A stretch of 64,000 nt of DNA from an uncultured Verrucomicrobiae bacterium. Lineage in GTDB: Bacteria > Verrucomicrobiota > Verrucomicrobiia > Opitutales > JABDGR01. Each line of letters begins with the position of its first letter. The first letter of the stretch is position 1. Made by a program: the position numbers and the translations under genes. The notes under the pieces were generated by a model, which saw only the letters and a list, made by a program, of their open reading frames with translations, was not told the DNA's origin and did not search any database. Of this stretch, positions 10,446 to 20,274 are shown piece after piece. The DNA is taken from NCBI GenBank assembly GCA_963765205.1, contig CAVXVB010000009.1, forward strand, positions 544,001 to 608,000. The letters run 5' to 3'.

Positions 10446-11801
10446 GTGAAAGACCCCCTCTCCATTACCCCCTTCACCGCGCCCGTGCGCGGCGCGGTGG
10501 AGCTGCCCGGCTCGAAAAGCGTCACGAACCGCGCGCTCATTCTCGCCGCGTTGTGCCGCGACCCGGTGACGCTGCGTTACGCGCTGTTCAGCCGCGACAC
10601 GGAAATTATGGTGAAGGCCCTTCGCGCGCTGGGCTTCAAAATCACCACCAGCGAAAAAACGCACCGCATCCGCGTCGAGGGCCGCGGTGGGATGATTCCC
10701 AAGGCGAAGGCCGCGATCCACGTCGGCAACGCCGGCACCGCCGCGCGCTTTTTGCCCGCGGCCTTGTGCCTGAAAAAACGCGGACACTACATTTTTGATG
10801 GCGACGAAGCCATGCGCGAGCGTCCCATGAAGGGCCTGCTCGACGCCTTGCGGCGCCTCGGCGCGGACCTCGAATTCAAGGGACAGCCCGATCATTTTCC
10901 CTTTGTGCTGCACACGCACGGCATGTCCGGCGGAACAGTCGAGGTGGACGCCTCGGCCTCGTCGCAGATTCTGTCGGCGATGATGATTGCGGCTGCGTGG
11001 GCCAAGGGCCACCTTGAGTTGCACCGCCTCGGCCCGATGGTCTCGGAGCCGTTCATTCTGATGACGGCCAAGATGATTCCGCGTTTCAACCGCGGCTTTG
11101 TACCCGACATTGACGCGCCGGGGTTCAATGAGTTTTACCATGTCGAGCCGGACGCGACGGCGGCCAGTTATTTCGTCATGCTTCCGCTGGCCGCGCCGGG
11201 CGCCGCGCCGGGCTACCAAATCACCGGCCTCGGCGAGAACACCACTCTGCAGGGCGACCTGGCCTTTCTTACCGTCGCGCAAGCGGTGGGCCTGCACATC
11301 GCCAAAAAAGCCTATCACACGGAAATCACCGCCGGCACCGGCGCGCGCGGCGTCACGCAAAATTTTAATCCGTTTTCCGACACGTTTTTAACTCTCGCCG
11401 CCATGGCGCCGTTGCTCGAAGGCCCGACGCGCATCACCGGCATCGCGCACACGCGCAAGCAGGAGACCGACCGCGTGCTGGCGATGGCGACGGAGCTGAA
11501 AAAGCTCGGCCAGGAGGTCGAGGAATTCGAGGACGGCCTGGCAATTACGCCGAATCTGGAAAAACTGCGCGCGCTCGCGGCCCAAGGCGTGAAGAAGAGG
11601 AAATTACTCAGCATCGAGACCTACGACGACCATCGCGTCGCGATGAGCTTTGGGGTTCTCGGCTGCCGCGATTTGCTCGGCACCGGCAAACCCTGGCTGG
11701 AAATCCAACACCCCGCCTGCTGTGGCAAAACCTTCCCCAAGTTTTTCGAGACCCTCGATGACTTGCGAAAACAATCCAAAAATTGTCCACGCCGATTATA
11801 A
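10446..11801 (+). CDS. aroA: EPSP synthase
   Basis: LPGSKSVTNRAL, GNAGTAARF, SSQILSA, RKQETDR, YDDHRVAMSF. Confidence 0.95.
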   Translation: MKDPLSITPFTAPVRGAVELPGSKSVTNRALILAALCRDPVTLRYALFSRDTEIMVKALRALGFKITTSEKTHRIRVEGRGGMIPKAKAAIHVGNAGTAARFLPAALCLKKRGHYIFDGDEAMRERPMKGLLDALRRLGADLEFKGQPDHFPFVLHTHGMSGGTVEVDASASSQILSAMMIAAAWAKGHLELHRLGPMVSEPFILMTAKMIPRFNRGFVPDIDAPGFNEFYHVEPDATAASYFVMLPLAAPGAAPGYQITGLGENTTLQGDLAFLTVAQAVGLHIAKKAYHTEITAGTGARGVTQNFNPFSDTFLTLAAMAPLLEGPTRITGIAHTRKQETDRVLAMATELKKLGQEVEEFEDGLAITPNLEKLRALAAQGVKKRKLLSIETYDDHRVAMSFGVLGCRDLLGTGKPWLEIQHPACCGKTFPKFFETLDDLRKQSKNCPRRL

Positions 11802-11837
11802 ACCCCGCCCAAAATAGGTTTTGACCATCCAGGCTTT

Positions 11838-12212
11838 TTGCGTAAAGTTGGCTGTATGAGCTTCATGTTATTCTTGCTCGTGTTGATGGCGCTGCTGGTC
11901 ATTTGCCTTGTGGCTCTGCTGGCCGCCCTGCTGCATTGGGTGGTGCCCATGGTGGTGATGCTGGCCTTTCTGCTCTTCGGTCTGGCTTTGCTCGCCCTGT
12001 ATCCCGGCTCGATTATCTGGGCGTATTTGGACGCCAAGGCCCGCGGCAAGCCCGGCTGGGCGCTGGCGCTGCTGGTGGCCTTGTCCCCCATCTTGGCCTT
12101 GATTGGCTGGCCCTTGAGCCTCTTGGCGTGGGTCGTATTTCGCCCGGCCAAAACCTCCGCCGCCGGCAACCTCCCCGCCGGCGCTTATGGCAGCTCGCCC
12201 GCCCATCCTTGA
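11838..12212 (+). CDS. Small membrane protein (start uncertain)
   Basis: Hydrophobic segments; WAYLDAKARGKPGW motif. Confidence 0.6.
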   Translation: MRKVGCMSFMLFLLVLMALLVICLVALLAALLHWVVPMVVMLAFLLFGLALLALYPGSIIWAYLDAKARGKPGWALALLVALSPILALIGWPLSLLAWVVFRPAKTSAAGNLPAGAYGSSPAHP

Positions 12213-13008
12213 GACCGTGGAGACCGCACCCGGCCCTGCGGCAGCGCCGCTGATTGACCCGGCGGAACTCGCCCGCTGGATTTTTCACCAGGATGACGAT
12301 GTCGTGGTCGTAAACAAACCTGGCTGGGTCGTGTGCCATCCCTCCAAGCATGGCCCGTGGTCGTCGCTGGTCGGAGCGTTGCGCGAACATTTCGCCACCC
12401 CGACGCTGCATTTGGTCACGCGGCTCGACCGCGAAACGAGCGGCGTGGTCGTCGTCGCGCGGCATCCCCTGGCCGCGCGGCGTTACCAGATGGCGATGCA
12501 AAACCGTCGCGTCGAAAAAACCTACCTCGCACTGCTCACCGGCGAGTTGGCCGCCGCCATCGAAGTAACTGCGCCACTGGCCCGCGACGAAAAAAGTGTG
12601 GTCGCCGTGATGCGCCGAGTGGCTATGCCGGGCGAAACAGGCGCGGAATCCGCCCGCACCCGCTTTGTGCCGCTGGCGGCGAAAAATGGTTTCACCCTCG
12701 CGCGCGTCGAGCCGATTACCGGCCGCACGCACCAAATCCGCGTCCATGCCGCGCACCTCGGCCACGCCGTGCTCGGCGACAAGCTTTACGGGCCAGACCC
12801 GTCGCTCTATCTTGAATTTGCCAAGCAAGGCTGGACCCCGCGGCTGGCGGCAACGCTCCCCTTGCGGCGGCAAGCCCTGCACGCCGCGCGCGTGCGTTTC
12901 CTTGATGACGGCCTGGGCGACTTCACTGTGCCACCCCCGCCAGATCTAGCCGAATTCACCCGCGCTCAATTGGGCCTGGATTTGGCAGCGGCGTGGACGG
13001 ATGATTAA
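12187..13008 (+). CDS. RluA-family pseudouridine synthase
   Basis: VVNKPGW, RLDRETSG, TGRTHQIRVH, GDKLYG, QALHA. Confidence 0.92.
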   Translation: MAARPPILETVETAPGPAAAPLIDPAELARWIFHQDDDVVVVNKPGWVVCHPSKHGPWSSLVGALREHFATPTLHLVTRLDRETSGVVVVARHPLAARRYQMAMQNRRVEKTYLALLTGELAAAIEVTAPLARDEKSVVAVMRRVAMPGETGAESARTRFVPLAAKNGFTLARVEPITGRTHQIRVHAAHLGHAVLGDKLYGPDPSLYLEFAKQGWTPRLAATLPLRRQALHAARVRFLDDGLGDFTVPPPPDLAEFTRAQLGLDLAAAWTDD

Positions 13009-13018
13009 AATAGGGGAA

Positions 13019-13104
13019 AACACGGAGGATACGGACAGAGTGAGCAGTTTGGGTTTCGAGTTTGGAGTTGAACTCCCGCTGGGTTCTCCTTGTGTTCTGT
13101 GGTT
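13019..13104. repeat. Degenerate 9-bp-unit palindromic element
   Basis: aacacggaggatacggacagag ... ctccttgtgttctgtggtt. Confidence 0.5.
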
Positions 13105-13112
13105 TACTTGTC

Positions 13113-13670
13113 ATGTCATCAAATCAGCCTGCCGCTTACGGCCCGGATATCGCGTCTTTGTTAACCGGCGTTGCCCCGGCCCCGCTGGACATGGGCCGGC
13201 CCGAGGAAAAATTCCGTGCGGCCTTGGCGGCACTCACGCCGGAAGGCATTTTTGCAACCCTACGCAAGCCTGTCCGCGATGCGCGCATGGCGCGGTGCTG
13301 CCTCGCCGGGCTGTGGCTGCGGCATAATTTTTTCGACGAGTCGCACGCGCTTTCGCAGGAAATTGAAACGCCGAGCGGCAGCTTCTGGCACGCGATTCTG
13401 CACCGCCGCGAGCCGGACTACGGCAATGCCGGCTACTGGTTCCGGCGCGTCGGCGCGCACCCGATTTATCCCGCGCTGAACGCCGCGGCCATCGCCTCGG
13501 GCTGGCCGAAATCGGCGCGGTGGGATCCGTTGGTGTTTGTGAACCAAGTCGAAGAAGCCATCGGCAAAGGGACCGAAAATTCCACCACAAAACTATGCGT
13601 GCAAGTTCAACAACTCGAATGGGAATTATTGTTCGAGTATTGTTGGAAGCAGGCGATCGGCGCGAATTGA
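13113..13670 (+). CDS. Conserved hypothetical protein
   Basis: ESHALSQEIET..GSFWHAILHRREPDYGNAGYWFRRVG motif; coding-like GC3. Confidence 0.7.
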   Translation: MSSNQPAAYGPDIASLLTGVAPAPLDMGRPEEKFRAALAALTPEGIFATLRKPVRDARMARCCLAGLWLRHNFFDESHALSQEIETPSGSFWHAILHRREPDYGNAGYWFRRVGAHPIYPALNAAAIASGWPKSARWDPLVFVNQVEEAIGKGTENSTTKLCVQVQQLEWELLFEYCWKQAIGAN

Positions 13671-13692
13671 TTTGTCGGTTTATGGTGGAGTT

Positions 13693-13722
13693 CACCGCCA
13701 AGGCGCGGAGAACGCAAAGAAA
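13693..13722. repeat. Solitary arm of 9-bp-unit element
   Basis: caccgccaaggcgcggagaacgcaaag resembles left arm at 2741. Confidence 0.55.
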
Positions 13723-13880
13723 GATTTTGGCAAGTGGTTTAGCCAATCCATTTTGTGCTGCTCGATAGACATATTTTGCTGGTCATAGCGGACAAATAGT
13801 GTCATATCTCAAAACAACGGGCAAGGAATGTAAATGTTATCTTATTGCCTTTCAATAAGTAACGAAAATACCGGCAAAAT

Positions 13881-13896
13881 TGGCACGTTCCGTGTT
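13881..13896 (+). promoter_or_regulatory. Putative sigma54 promoter (-24/-12)
   Basis: TGGCACG-ttcc-GTGTT vs consensus TGGCACG-N4-TTGC; sigma54 activator gene in same locus. Confidence 0.55.
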
Positions 13897-13912
13897 ATCT
13901 ACTTCTCGCAAC

Positions 13913-16900
13913 ATGGAAATCTTACTTTTTCTCCTCGGGCTGTTTTACCTCCTCGTCTTGCCGATTCTGGCCTTCATCGCCTTGGGCAACACGAGCGGGA
14001 TGGAGCGGCGGTTTCGCGGATTGGAAGATCGGTTGCGCGAACTGGAGAGAAAATTGCGTGAACAAAATAGCGCGGTTGCGGAGCCGTCCAAGTGCGCCGA
14101 GGCAAAACAACCGGTGGCCCCGCAGCCACCGCCGTTGGCGCTGCGGCCAGTAACCGTTCCGCCGGCCATAGCCGTTTCGCCATTGGTTGCCGCCAAAATC
14201 CACCCGCCGACTGCTCCCACCCACCCACCTGCGCCGGTGATGGCACCCGCGCCGATTCCGAGCGCAAGAATTCCGTTCCCGCAAGCCAAGGAAGCGCCGG
14301 GCGAGGAAAAGCCCAAAGACCCCGGTGCGGAAATCACGCTGGGTGCGCGCTGGGCCACGCGGCTGGGCAGCGGGTTTCTGGTCATCGCAGTGGTTTTCTT
14401 TGGGGTCTATATCAGCAAATTTTCCACCCCGGGCGTGCGGTTGCTCGAAGTGCTGGCGCTGGCGGCAGCGGTGACGGGCGCGGGAGTCTGGCTCGAACGG
14501 CAAGCGCGGGAATTCGGCGAGGCAGTGTTTGCGGGCGGGCTGGCAATTTTCTATTTTGCAGCGTTTGCGGCGCACGCCATCGCGGCGATGCGGGTGATTC
14601 CCGAGCAAGCCATTGAGGAGGGGTTGGCCGTGCAATTTCTGGCCGTGGCGGCGATTGCGGTCATCGCGTGCTGGCGCAACCGGCCGCAGATCGCCATGAT
14701 GGCAGTGGCCCTCGGGATGCTTTCCTGCTTCTTCGCGCTGCACCGCGACCGGATGGAAATCTCACTCGGGGCGGCGCTGGGGCTGGCGGGGGCGGCGGCG
14801 GCACTGCGCGTGGCGCGCGGTTGGGTGTGGCCGCTGGCGCTGGGCTATGTGGGCGCGCAAATTTGCTATGCGGGTTCCATCCTCGTGTTGATGGGCTACA
14901 CGCTGGAGAACTTTTTCCGGGGCGAATGGCTGAATGTGCCACTGCACCATTTGGCCGAAGAATTCGCGCCGTGGCCGGGGATCACGCTGGTTTTTCCGAC
15001 CGCCTATTTTATTTTGCTGCTCGGCGCGGACCTCTGGGCCGAAAGACGGCAGCGCACGAACAGTCCCACGCTGCGCGGCGGTATCGTGCTGGTCGCCGCG
15101 ATCTTGTATGGCTTGGGTGGGTGGTGGGGTGGGGCGGAGTTTGGCCACTCGTGGGACTCGACCAATTTGCTCGCGGCCGCGATCATTTGCCTCGGCGCGG
15201 GCGCGGTTTACCAATGGCGCAAGGACACACCGGAAATTTATGAAGTCCTCTACGCCGCGGCGGGGACGTGGGCCGCCATTTATTTAATCAACGAATACAC
15301 GGGCTACATCCGCTGGCTGGCGCTGCTGCTGGAATGTTTTATCTTTGCCTGGCGCGCGCGGCGGCACGGCTCGAGTTTTGCCTGGGTTTGCCTCTATGGC
15401 GCCTGGGCGTGTTCTTTCGTGATGGCCTTTCACGATGCGGCCCAGTTAGCGGCGAGCGTGGACGCTTGGAACGCGGTGCGGCTGAAGTTTGCGCTCTGGC
15501 CGGTGGTGTCGCTGGCGTTGTGGGCGTGGCTGGAAAAAGCTCCGCGCGCGGTCCGCGAGGATGAACGCACCGGTTTGCTGATTGGCGGCTATGTGACGGC
15601 GGCCGGCACGGTCGCGCTGGGGTGGGCGGCGTGGATGGAGCCGGCGCAGACGTGGCTCTGGCTGGGCATCGCATCGGCGGCGCTAGTGGCGGGACTAGTG
15701 GGGAAATTGCGCACGGTCTGGCCGACGGTGTGGGGGACGCTTATTTTTTCGATGTGGCTGTATGCGCCGCCGGTTAACGCCGCGACGTTGGAAGTTGCTA
15801 TGGTGCTCGCGGTGTTTAGCGCGAGTGTGCTGGGGTTGACAGCCCTGCTCCAAAGCCGCGCGGATTGGGAGCACAAACGGATACTGGCCGAATTTGGCGA
15901 AGTGGTAAGCCGTGACGACGAGAAGCATAACCGGCTGCCGACTAATATCGGCGAAGTGGTGGGCTTTTTATCGCTGCTTGCTGTTTGGATTCGCGGCTTT
16001 TTCGCTTTGCCGCAGGGAGAGAATCATCTGGCCGTGGCCTTGACCGCGGCGGCGCTGGTGCTGGCCGCGCTCGCCTGGCGCGGGCCATGGCGCACGACGG
16101 GCGACCTCGCCTGGATTTGGGCCATGACCGGTTTAGTGGTTAGGGGTGGTGGACATTTTCAATTTCAGACGGTCGGCCCGGATCGCCTATGCCTGATGAT
16201 GGTGCTCGCGCTCGGCTGGCTCTGGGGCGCGCTGAGCCGAAAAGAAAAACCCGGCGTGTATATTCTTGGCCTCGACAAGACCGGGTTGATCCTGCCGGGA
16301 TTTTTGTTTGTCGGCTGGACGATGCTGGCAGTGCCGTGCGACGCCTCCGACTCGAACTGGGCGTTGTGGTTGGCCGGCAGCGCGGTGAGTTTTGCCTTGA
16401 TTGGCCGGCGCGAATGGCTGCCTGGCGGCGGGGCGGCGGCGGTTTTGTTGAGTCTCGGCGCGTTTATCCGTGCCATCACTTTGAATATTCATGCGCTGGA
16501 TGATTGCTGGGCGCCGGCGGCGGTAGGCGCGGCCTTTATTTTACAAGGCCTGATTCCCGACCGGCGCGTGAGCCAGGGTGGGGGTCGTCGGAGCATTAGC
16601 TTTTGCCTTTTTGTGATAGCGGCGGCCGCCCTCCTGGTTTTCGACTGGCCGGTGGCCGGCCTGCCCGGCGTGAACAGCCGGTATGTGACGATGCTGTGGG
16701 CGGGCGCGGGCGCGGGCCGCGTTCATTGCGGGGCTGGCGGCGCGCTTGCGTGAGTATCGCTATATTGGCCTGGTTGGGCTGGCGGTGTGCGTGCCGCGGA
16801 TGTTTGTCGTGGATATCACCGACCAATTTGGCCGCATTTTGGCGTTTGGCGCACTGGCGCTGGCGTTGCTGGCGATTGGATTTTCCTACCACAAGCTGCG

Positions 16901-16967
16901 CGCGTGGCTGGTGGGGCGCGAGACCAGTGCGCCCGCCGCGCCGCCACCGGTGAAACCTGCAGCTTGA
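13913..16967 (+). CDS. DUF2339-like polytopic membrane protein, frameshift near 16715
   Basis: TM, coiled coil, Pro linker, EITLGARWATRLG; C-terminus REYRYIGL...RMFVVDI...RILAF in second frame. Confidence 0.75.
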
Positions 16968-16998
16968 ATTTTCCCCTAAACCCAAACCACACAATCCC

Positions 16999-18585
16999 AT
17001 GCCTGCATCCCTGTTTGAAGCCGAAGACCGCCCGAAAGCCGAGGCCTTGTGCCGGCTGACGTGGTGCAACCCGTTTCACGACGAACGCGCCGCGCTCGAA
17101 CGCCAGGCCCTCGGCGACGCTTGGAAAATGCCGCCGCCCGACGGCATGGACTGGGAGGACGGGCTGCCCGTCGCCGCCGGCAACCCCAACACGGATGCGT
17201 TCGCGCCGCTGTCCAAGCGTCTCGTCAATGAGGCGCGGGAACGCCTGCGCCGCCGCACGCCGACCGCCAACGAGAGCGAAACCTACCGCGAGCTAGTCTT
17301 CTTCACGCTCTTTTACCAGTTCGTGGACGAATTCCACCGGCTTATCCGGCAGGCGCGTGAGCGCGGAGCGGCGCCGTTGCGCTGCGTGTTCTACGACCGT
17401 TTTCGCGCGGAGCTGGAGCGCCTCTGCCCGCCGGATGAGCCAGCTTTGCGCATGGAGACGCCGCCCGAGCGCGTCTTCGCAACGTTCTTCCAGGTGCGCC
17501 GCGCGTATGCGCACATTCACGAGTGCATCATCGGCTCCTCGGCGGAGTCGCGCCGGCTGCGCGCGCGGGTCTGGCAGTCCATCTTCACACGCGACATGGC
17601 GCGGTTCGAGCGCGCGCTGATCGGGCGGATGGGGGACTTGATCACGCTCATCACCGGCCCGTCGGGTTCGGGCAAGGAATTGGTCGCGCGCGCCATCGGC
17701 TTGTCGCGCCATGTGCCCTTTGACGTGACGCGGCGGGAATTCGCGGAGGACTACCTGCGCGGATTTTATCCCATCAATCTCGCGGCGCTGTCGCCGACGC
17801 TGATCGAATCGGAATTGTTCGGCCACCGGCGCGGTTCCTTCACCGGCGCGCTCGGCGACCGCCTGGGTTATTTCGAGGTCTGCGGCGCACACGGCACGGT
17901 GTTCCTCGACGAAATCGGCGAGACGGATTTGGGCATCCAGGTCAAACTTCTGCGCGTGCTGCAAACGCGCGTGTTCCAGCGCATCGGCGACACGGAACCG
18001 CGCTCCTTCGCCGGGAAAATCCTGACCGCGACCAACCGCGACCTGGCGCACGAGATGCGCGCCGGGCGCTTTCGCGAAGACCTGTATTATCGCCTCTGCG
18101 CCGACCATGTGCGCACGCCGGCCCTGTGCGAGATTTTGCGGGATGCGCCGGGCGAGTTGGCGACCTTGGTGCGGCACATCGCGGCGCGCGTGGCCGGTCC
18201 GGCGGAGGCCACGGCGTTGACCGACGAAGCCTGCACCGTGCTGCAACGCACGTTGCCGCCCGATTACGCGTGGCCCGGCAATTTCCGCGAACTCGAACAG
18301 GCGGTGCGGAATATTCTCGTGCATGGTGATTATATGCCGGAATCATCCAGCCCGGCTGCAGCCCCTTCGACCAACGGCGCGCCATCCAGCAACGGCCATG
18401 CTTCGCCGGAGTCGTTGGCCGCCGCCCTGGAAGCCGGCGAATGGACGGCCGACGAACTCCTGCGCCGCTACATCAGCCGGGTGCATCACCTGTCCGGCAG
18501 CTACGAGGAAGCCGCCCGGCGACTGGGTGTGGATCGCCGCACGGTCAAGAAATACCTGCGGCAACCTGCGGCGATGACTCAATAG
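16999..18585 (+). CDS. Sigma54-dependent transcriptional activator (AAA+, C-terminal HTH)
   Basis: GPSGSGKELVARAI, ESELFGHRRGSFTGA, FLDEIGE, FREDLYYRL, WPGNFREL, AARRLGVDRRTV. Confidence 0.92.
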   Translation: MPASLFEAEDRPKAEALCRLTWCNPFHDERAALERQALGDAWKMPPPDGMDWEDGLPVAAGNPNTDAFAPLSKRLVNEARERLRRRTPTANESETYRELVFFTLFYQFVDEFHRLIRQARERGAAPLRCVFYDRFRAELERLCPPDEPALRMETPPERVFATFFQVRRAYAHIHECIIGSSAESRRLRARVWQSIFTRDMARFERALIGRMGDLITLITGPSGSGKELVARAIGLSRHVPFDVTRREFAEDYLRGFYPINLAALSPTLIESELFGHRRGSFTGALGDRLGYFEVCGAHGTVFLDEIGETDLGIQVKLLRVLQTRVFQRIGDTEPRSFAGKILTATNRDLAHEMRAGRFREDLYYRLCADHVRTPALCEILRDAPGELATLVRHIAARVAGPAEATALTDEACTVLQRTLPPDYAWPGNFRELEQAVRNILVHGDYMPESSSPAAAPSTNGAPSSNGHASPESLAAALEAGEWTADELLRRYISRVHHLSGSYEEAARRLGVDRRTVKKYLRQPAAMTQ

Positions 18586-18901
18586 CGATTGTTCCAAGTG
18601 TCCAGAATTTAATCGCGCCCAGCCCTGCCTGCTTAACCAATCTGCTGGCCCATTGCCATGACCAAAATACCCACCCCCATCCTCCAAAAAATCAGGTAAT
18701 AAGCTATAAGGGCGCGTGGCGCATCGCCGATGAAGCTCGCAAGGCTATTTAAAAAATCGTCACTGTGCAGCTTCTCGGCTACACCACGACCGGCGCGAAG
18801 CGATGATTGACGCCGGGGCGATGATGGGTAGAGTGAGGCGCGGTGCTTGGAATTCTTCACCAGCGCCTAACCAGGCTTTTCCAAGGGGAGAAACCGCCCA
18901 C

Positions 18902-18976
18902 GCTTCCGTAGTTCAATGGATAGAACACTGGCCTCCGAAGCCGGTGATCTGGGTTCAAGTCCCAGCGGGAGCACCA
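18902..18976 (+). tRNA. tRNA-Arg (anticodon CCG)
   Basis: Cloverleaf GCTTCCG/CGGGAGC, anticodon arm CTGGC-CTCCGAA-GCCGG, GGTTCAAGTCC, encoded CCA. Confidence 0.95.
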
Positions 18977-19018
18977 CTTAAGCCACTGACAGTAAAAGGT
19001 TTAAGTTTTGAGCGAAGT

Positions 19019-19046
19019 TAGGTTGCCCAGTTGACATGGCAACCTA
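19019..19046. promoter_or_regulatory. Perfect 9-bp inverted repeat enclosing TTGACA
   Basis: TAGGTTGCC-cagttgacat-GGCAACCTA. Confidence 0.55.
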
Positions 19047-19109
19047 TCACTGGATTGGATCGGTACAAGCGAGTGGCAATTTTTAGCAAATAGCGGCAAC
19101 CATGACAAG

Positions 19110-19430
19110 GGCCGTGCCACACGCCAAGTTGAAGGCCAGATTCCGGCATCCTGTGCTTGACTGGCGGCCATCAGCTTCTCGGGCCAGTCTACCCGGGGTT
19201 ATCCCGAGCACTTGGCACCTACCCATTGGACGCTGCAACCCAAGGTTCCCCCTCCTCCATGGGCTGTCGCTCGGCAACCTGGCTAGCCCCTGCGGGATTG
19301 TCCCGGGTGGGGTTCGCGTGGAACCGGCTGAGCAACGCGACTGGTCAGCGTAGCTAAGCTTGCCGTCCTTTCGCCCAAAGTCAAATGGCGTCTGCCAGCC
19401 AACTCGTAGCGAGGACGAGCCAGGACCCAC
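19110..19430 (+). ncRNA. Candidate large structured non-coding RNA (or structured ssDNA origin)
   Basis: At least ten nested helices found by eye, several needing G-U pairs only on + strand; no convincing ORF. Confidence 0.45.
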
Positions 19431-19501
19431 GTGCAAACGATATTTCAAGTGGCGATTATTTGGGACTTATTAGAAGTTAGAACAAGCTCAGGCCCGCCAA
19501 C

Positions 19502-19534
19502 AAAAGCCCCCCGGCCCTTGCGGGCCGGGGGGCC
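19502..19534 (-). terminator. Intrinsic terminator
   Basis: Minus strand ggccccccggccc-gcaa-gggccggggggc-TTTT, just after the 19561 ORF. Confidence 0.8.
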
Positions 19535-19560
19535 ATTTGTGTGGCGGAGCCTCCGATCTC

Positions 19561-19938
19561 CTACACTATCTCACGAAGCGCCAGAAACGGCACTTGCAAC
19601 TTGCCATTGAACACTTCCAGCTCGCCGAGCGTGGCTTCCACGCGCGAATTCAATTTCGCGTGGGTGAATGTTCCCTTGATGAGCTGTCCCCGCTCCCCGG
19701 GCACGCTGGGCGCCGGGAAACCCGCAGCGGGAAGTCGGACCAGTTGTTGAATTTCGAGGAGTCCGCTGGCCTCGCTATGCACCTCGTAGACGAGGCGCAC
19801 GTTATCGGTGGCCGGCCGGTCTCCCTTGGCGGCAAAGGGCGCTCGAAACGCCTTGGCGGTGAGAAGCACGCCACGCAGGAGGAGTCCGTTTGGGACTTCG
19901 AGAGGTTTCGGTAAACTATCAGGTGTTGGTTTATCCAT
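19561..19938 (-). CDS. Hypothetical protein, possibly phage/plasmid ssDNA-binding (OB-fold-like)
   Basis: 125 aa, beta-strand-rich pattern, followed by a terminator; function is inference. Confidence 0.5.
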   Translation of the reverse strand: MDKPTPDSLPKPLEVPNGLLLRGVLLTAKAFRAPFAAKGDRPATDNVRLVYEVHSEASGLLEIQQLVRLPAAGFPAPSVPGERGQLIKGTFTHAKLNSRVEATLGELEVFNGKLQVPFLALREIV

Positions 19939-20100
19939 GACATTTGATTTCTATCGCTAGTGTCGACGTGGAGGACGCCGAAGCCTTCATACGCCTGGAG
20001 TTTGAGAATTGTTCCAATCTCCCGGCGTAAAAGTTGTTTCCACGGCTGCCGGGTTTGCGCCGAGCGGACTTTTTCGCCGCATTTCACCGTGACGCGACTG
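19935..20100 (-). pseudogene. Possible decayed rolling-circle Rep fragment
   Basis: VTVK...WKQLLRRE...LQAYEGFGVLHVD resembles spacing of HUH Rep motifs 1-2, second His lost. Confidence 0.25.
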
Positions 20101-20274
20101 GCCCAATCGGCCAGGCGCAGACGGGATCAGGCTGATGGTGCCCTTTTTTCCCTAACCAAGCTGACAGGGACACCTCGAATTTAATTGGCGTCCTTATTTT
20201 AGGCGCCACTTGCGCCTGCCCCATCGGATAGGTTCGACAGGCGGGGAAAATTCGCGTTGCCTTGCTGGACTCCC

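Noticed and set aside
18600..18760. Possible gene fragment ending QVISYKGAWRIADEARKAI
   Set aside because: Too short to assign without a search
19110..19430. Retron msr-msd or group II intron
   Set aside because: No reverse transcriptase nearby, no GUGYG start or domain V recognised
19083..19448. 121-aa and 83-aa ORFs over the structured region
   Set aside because: No motifs or coding-like composition; base-pairing explains the region better
18960..20260. attL/attR direct repeat of the tRNA 3' end
   Set aside because: No second copy found by eye in the window
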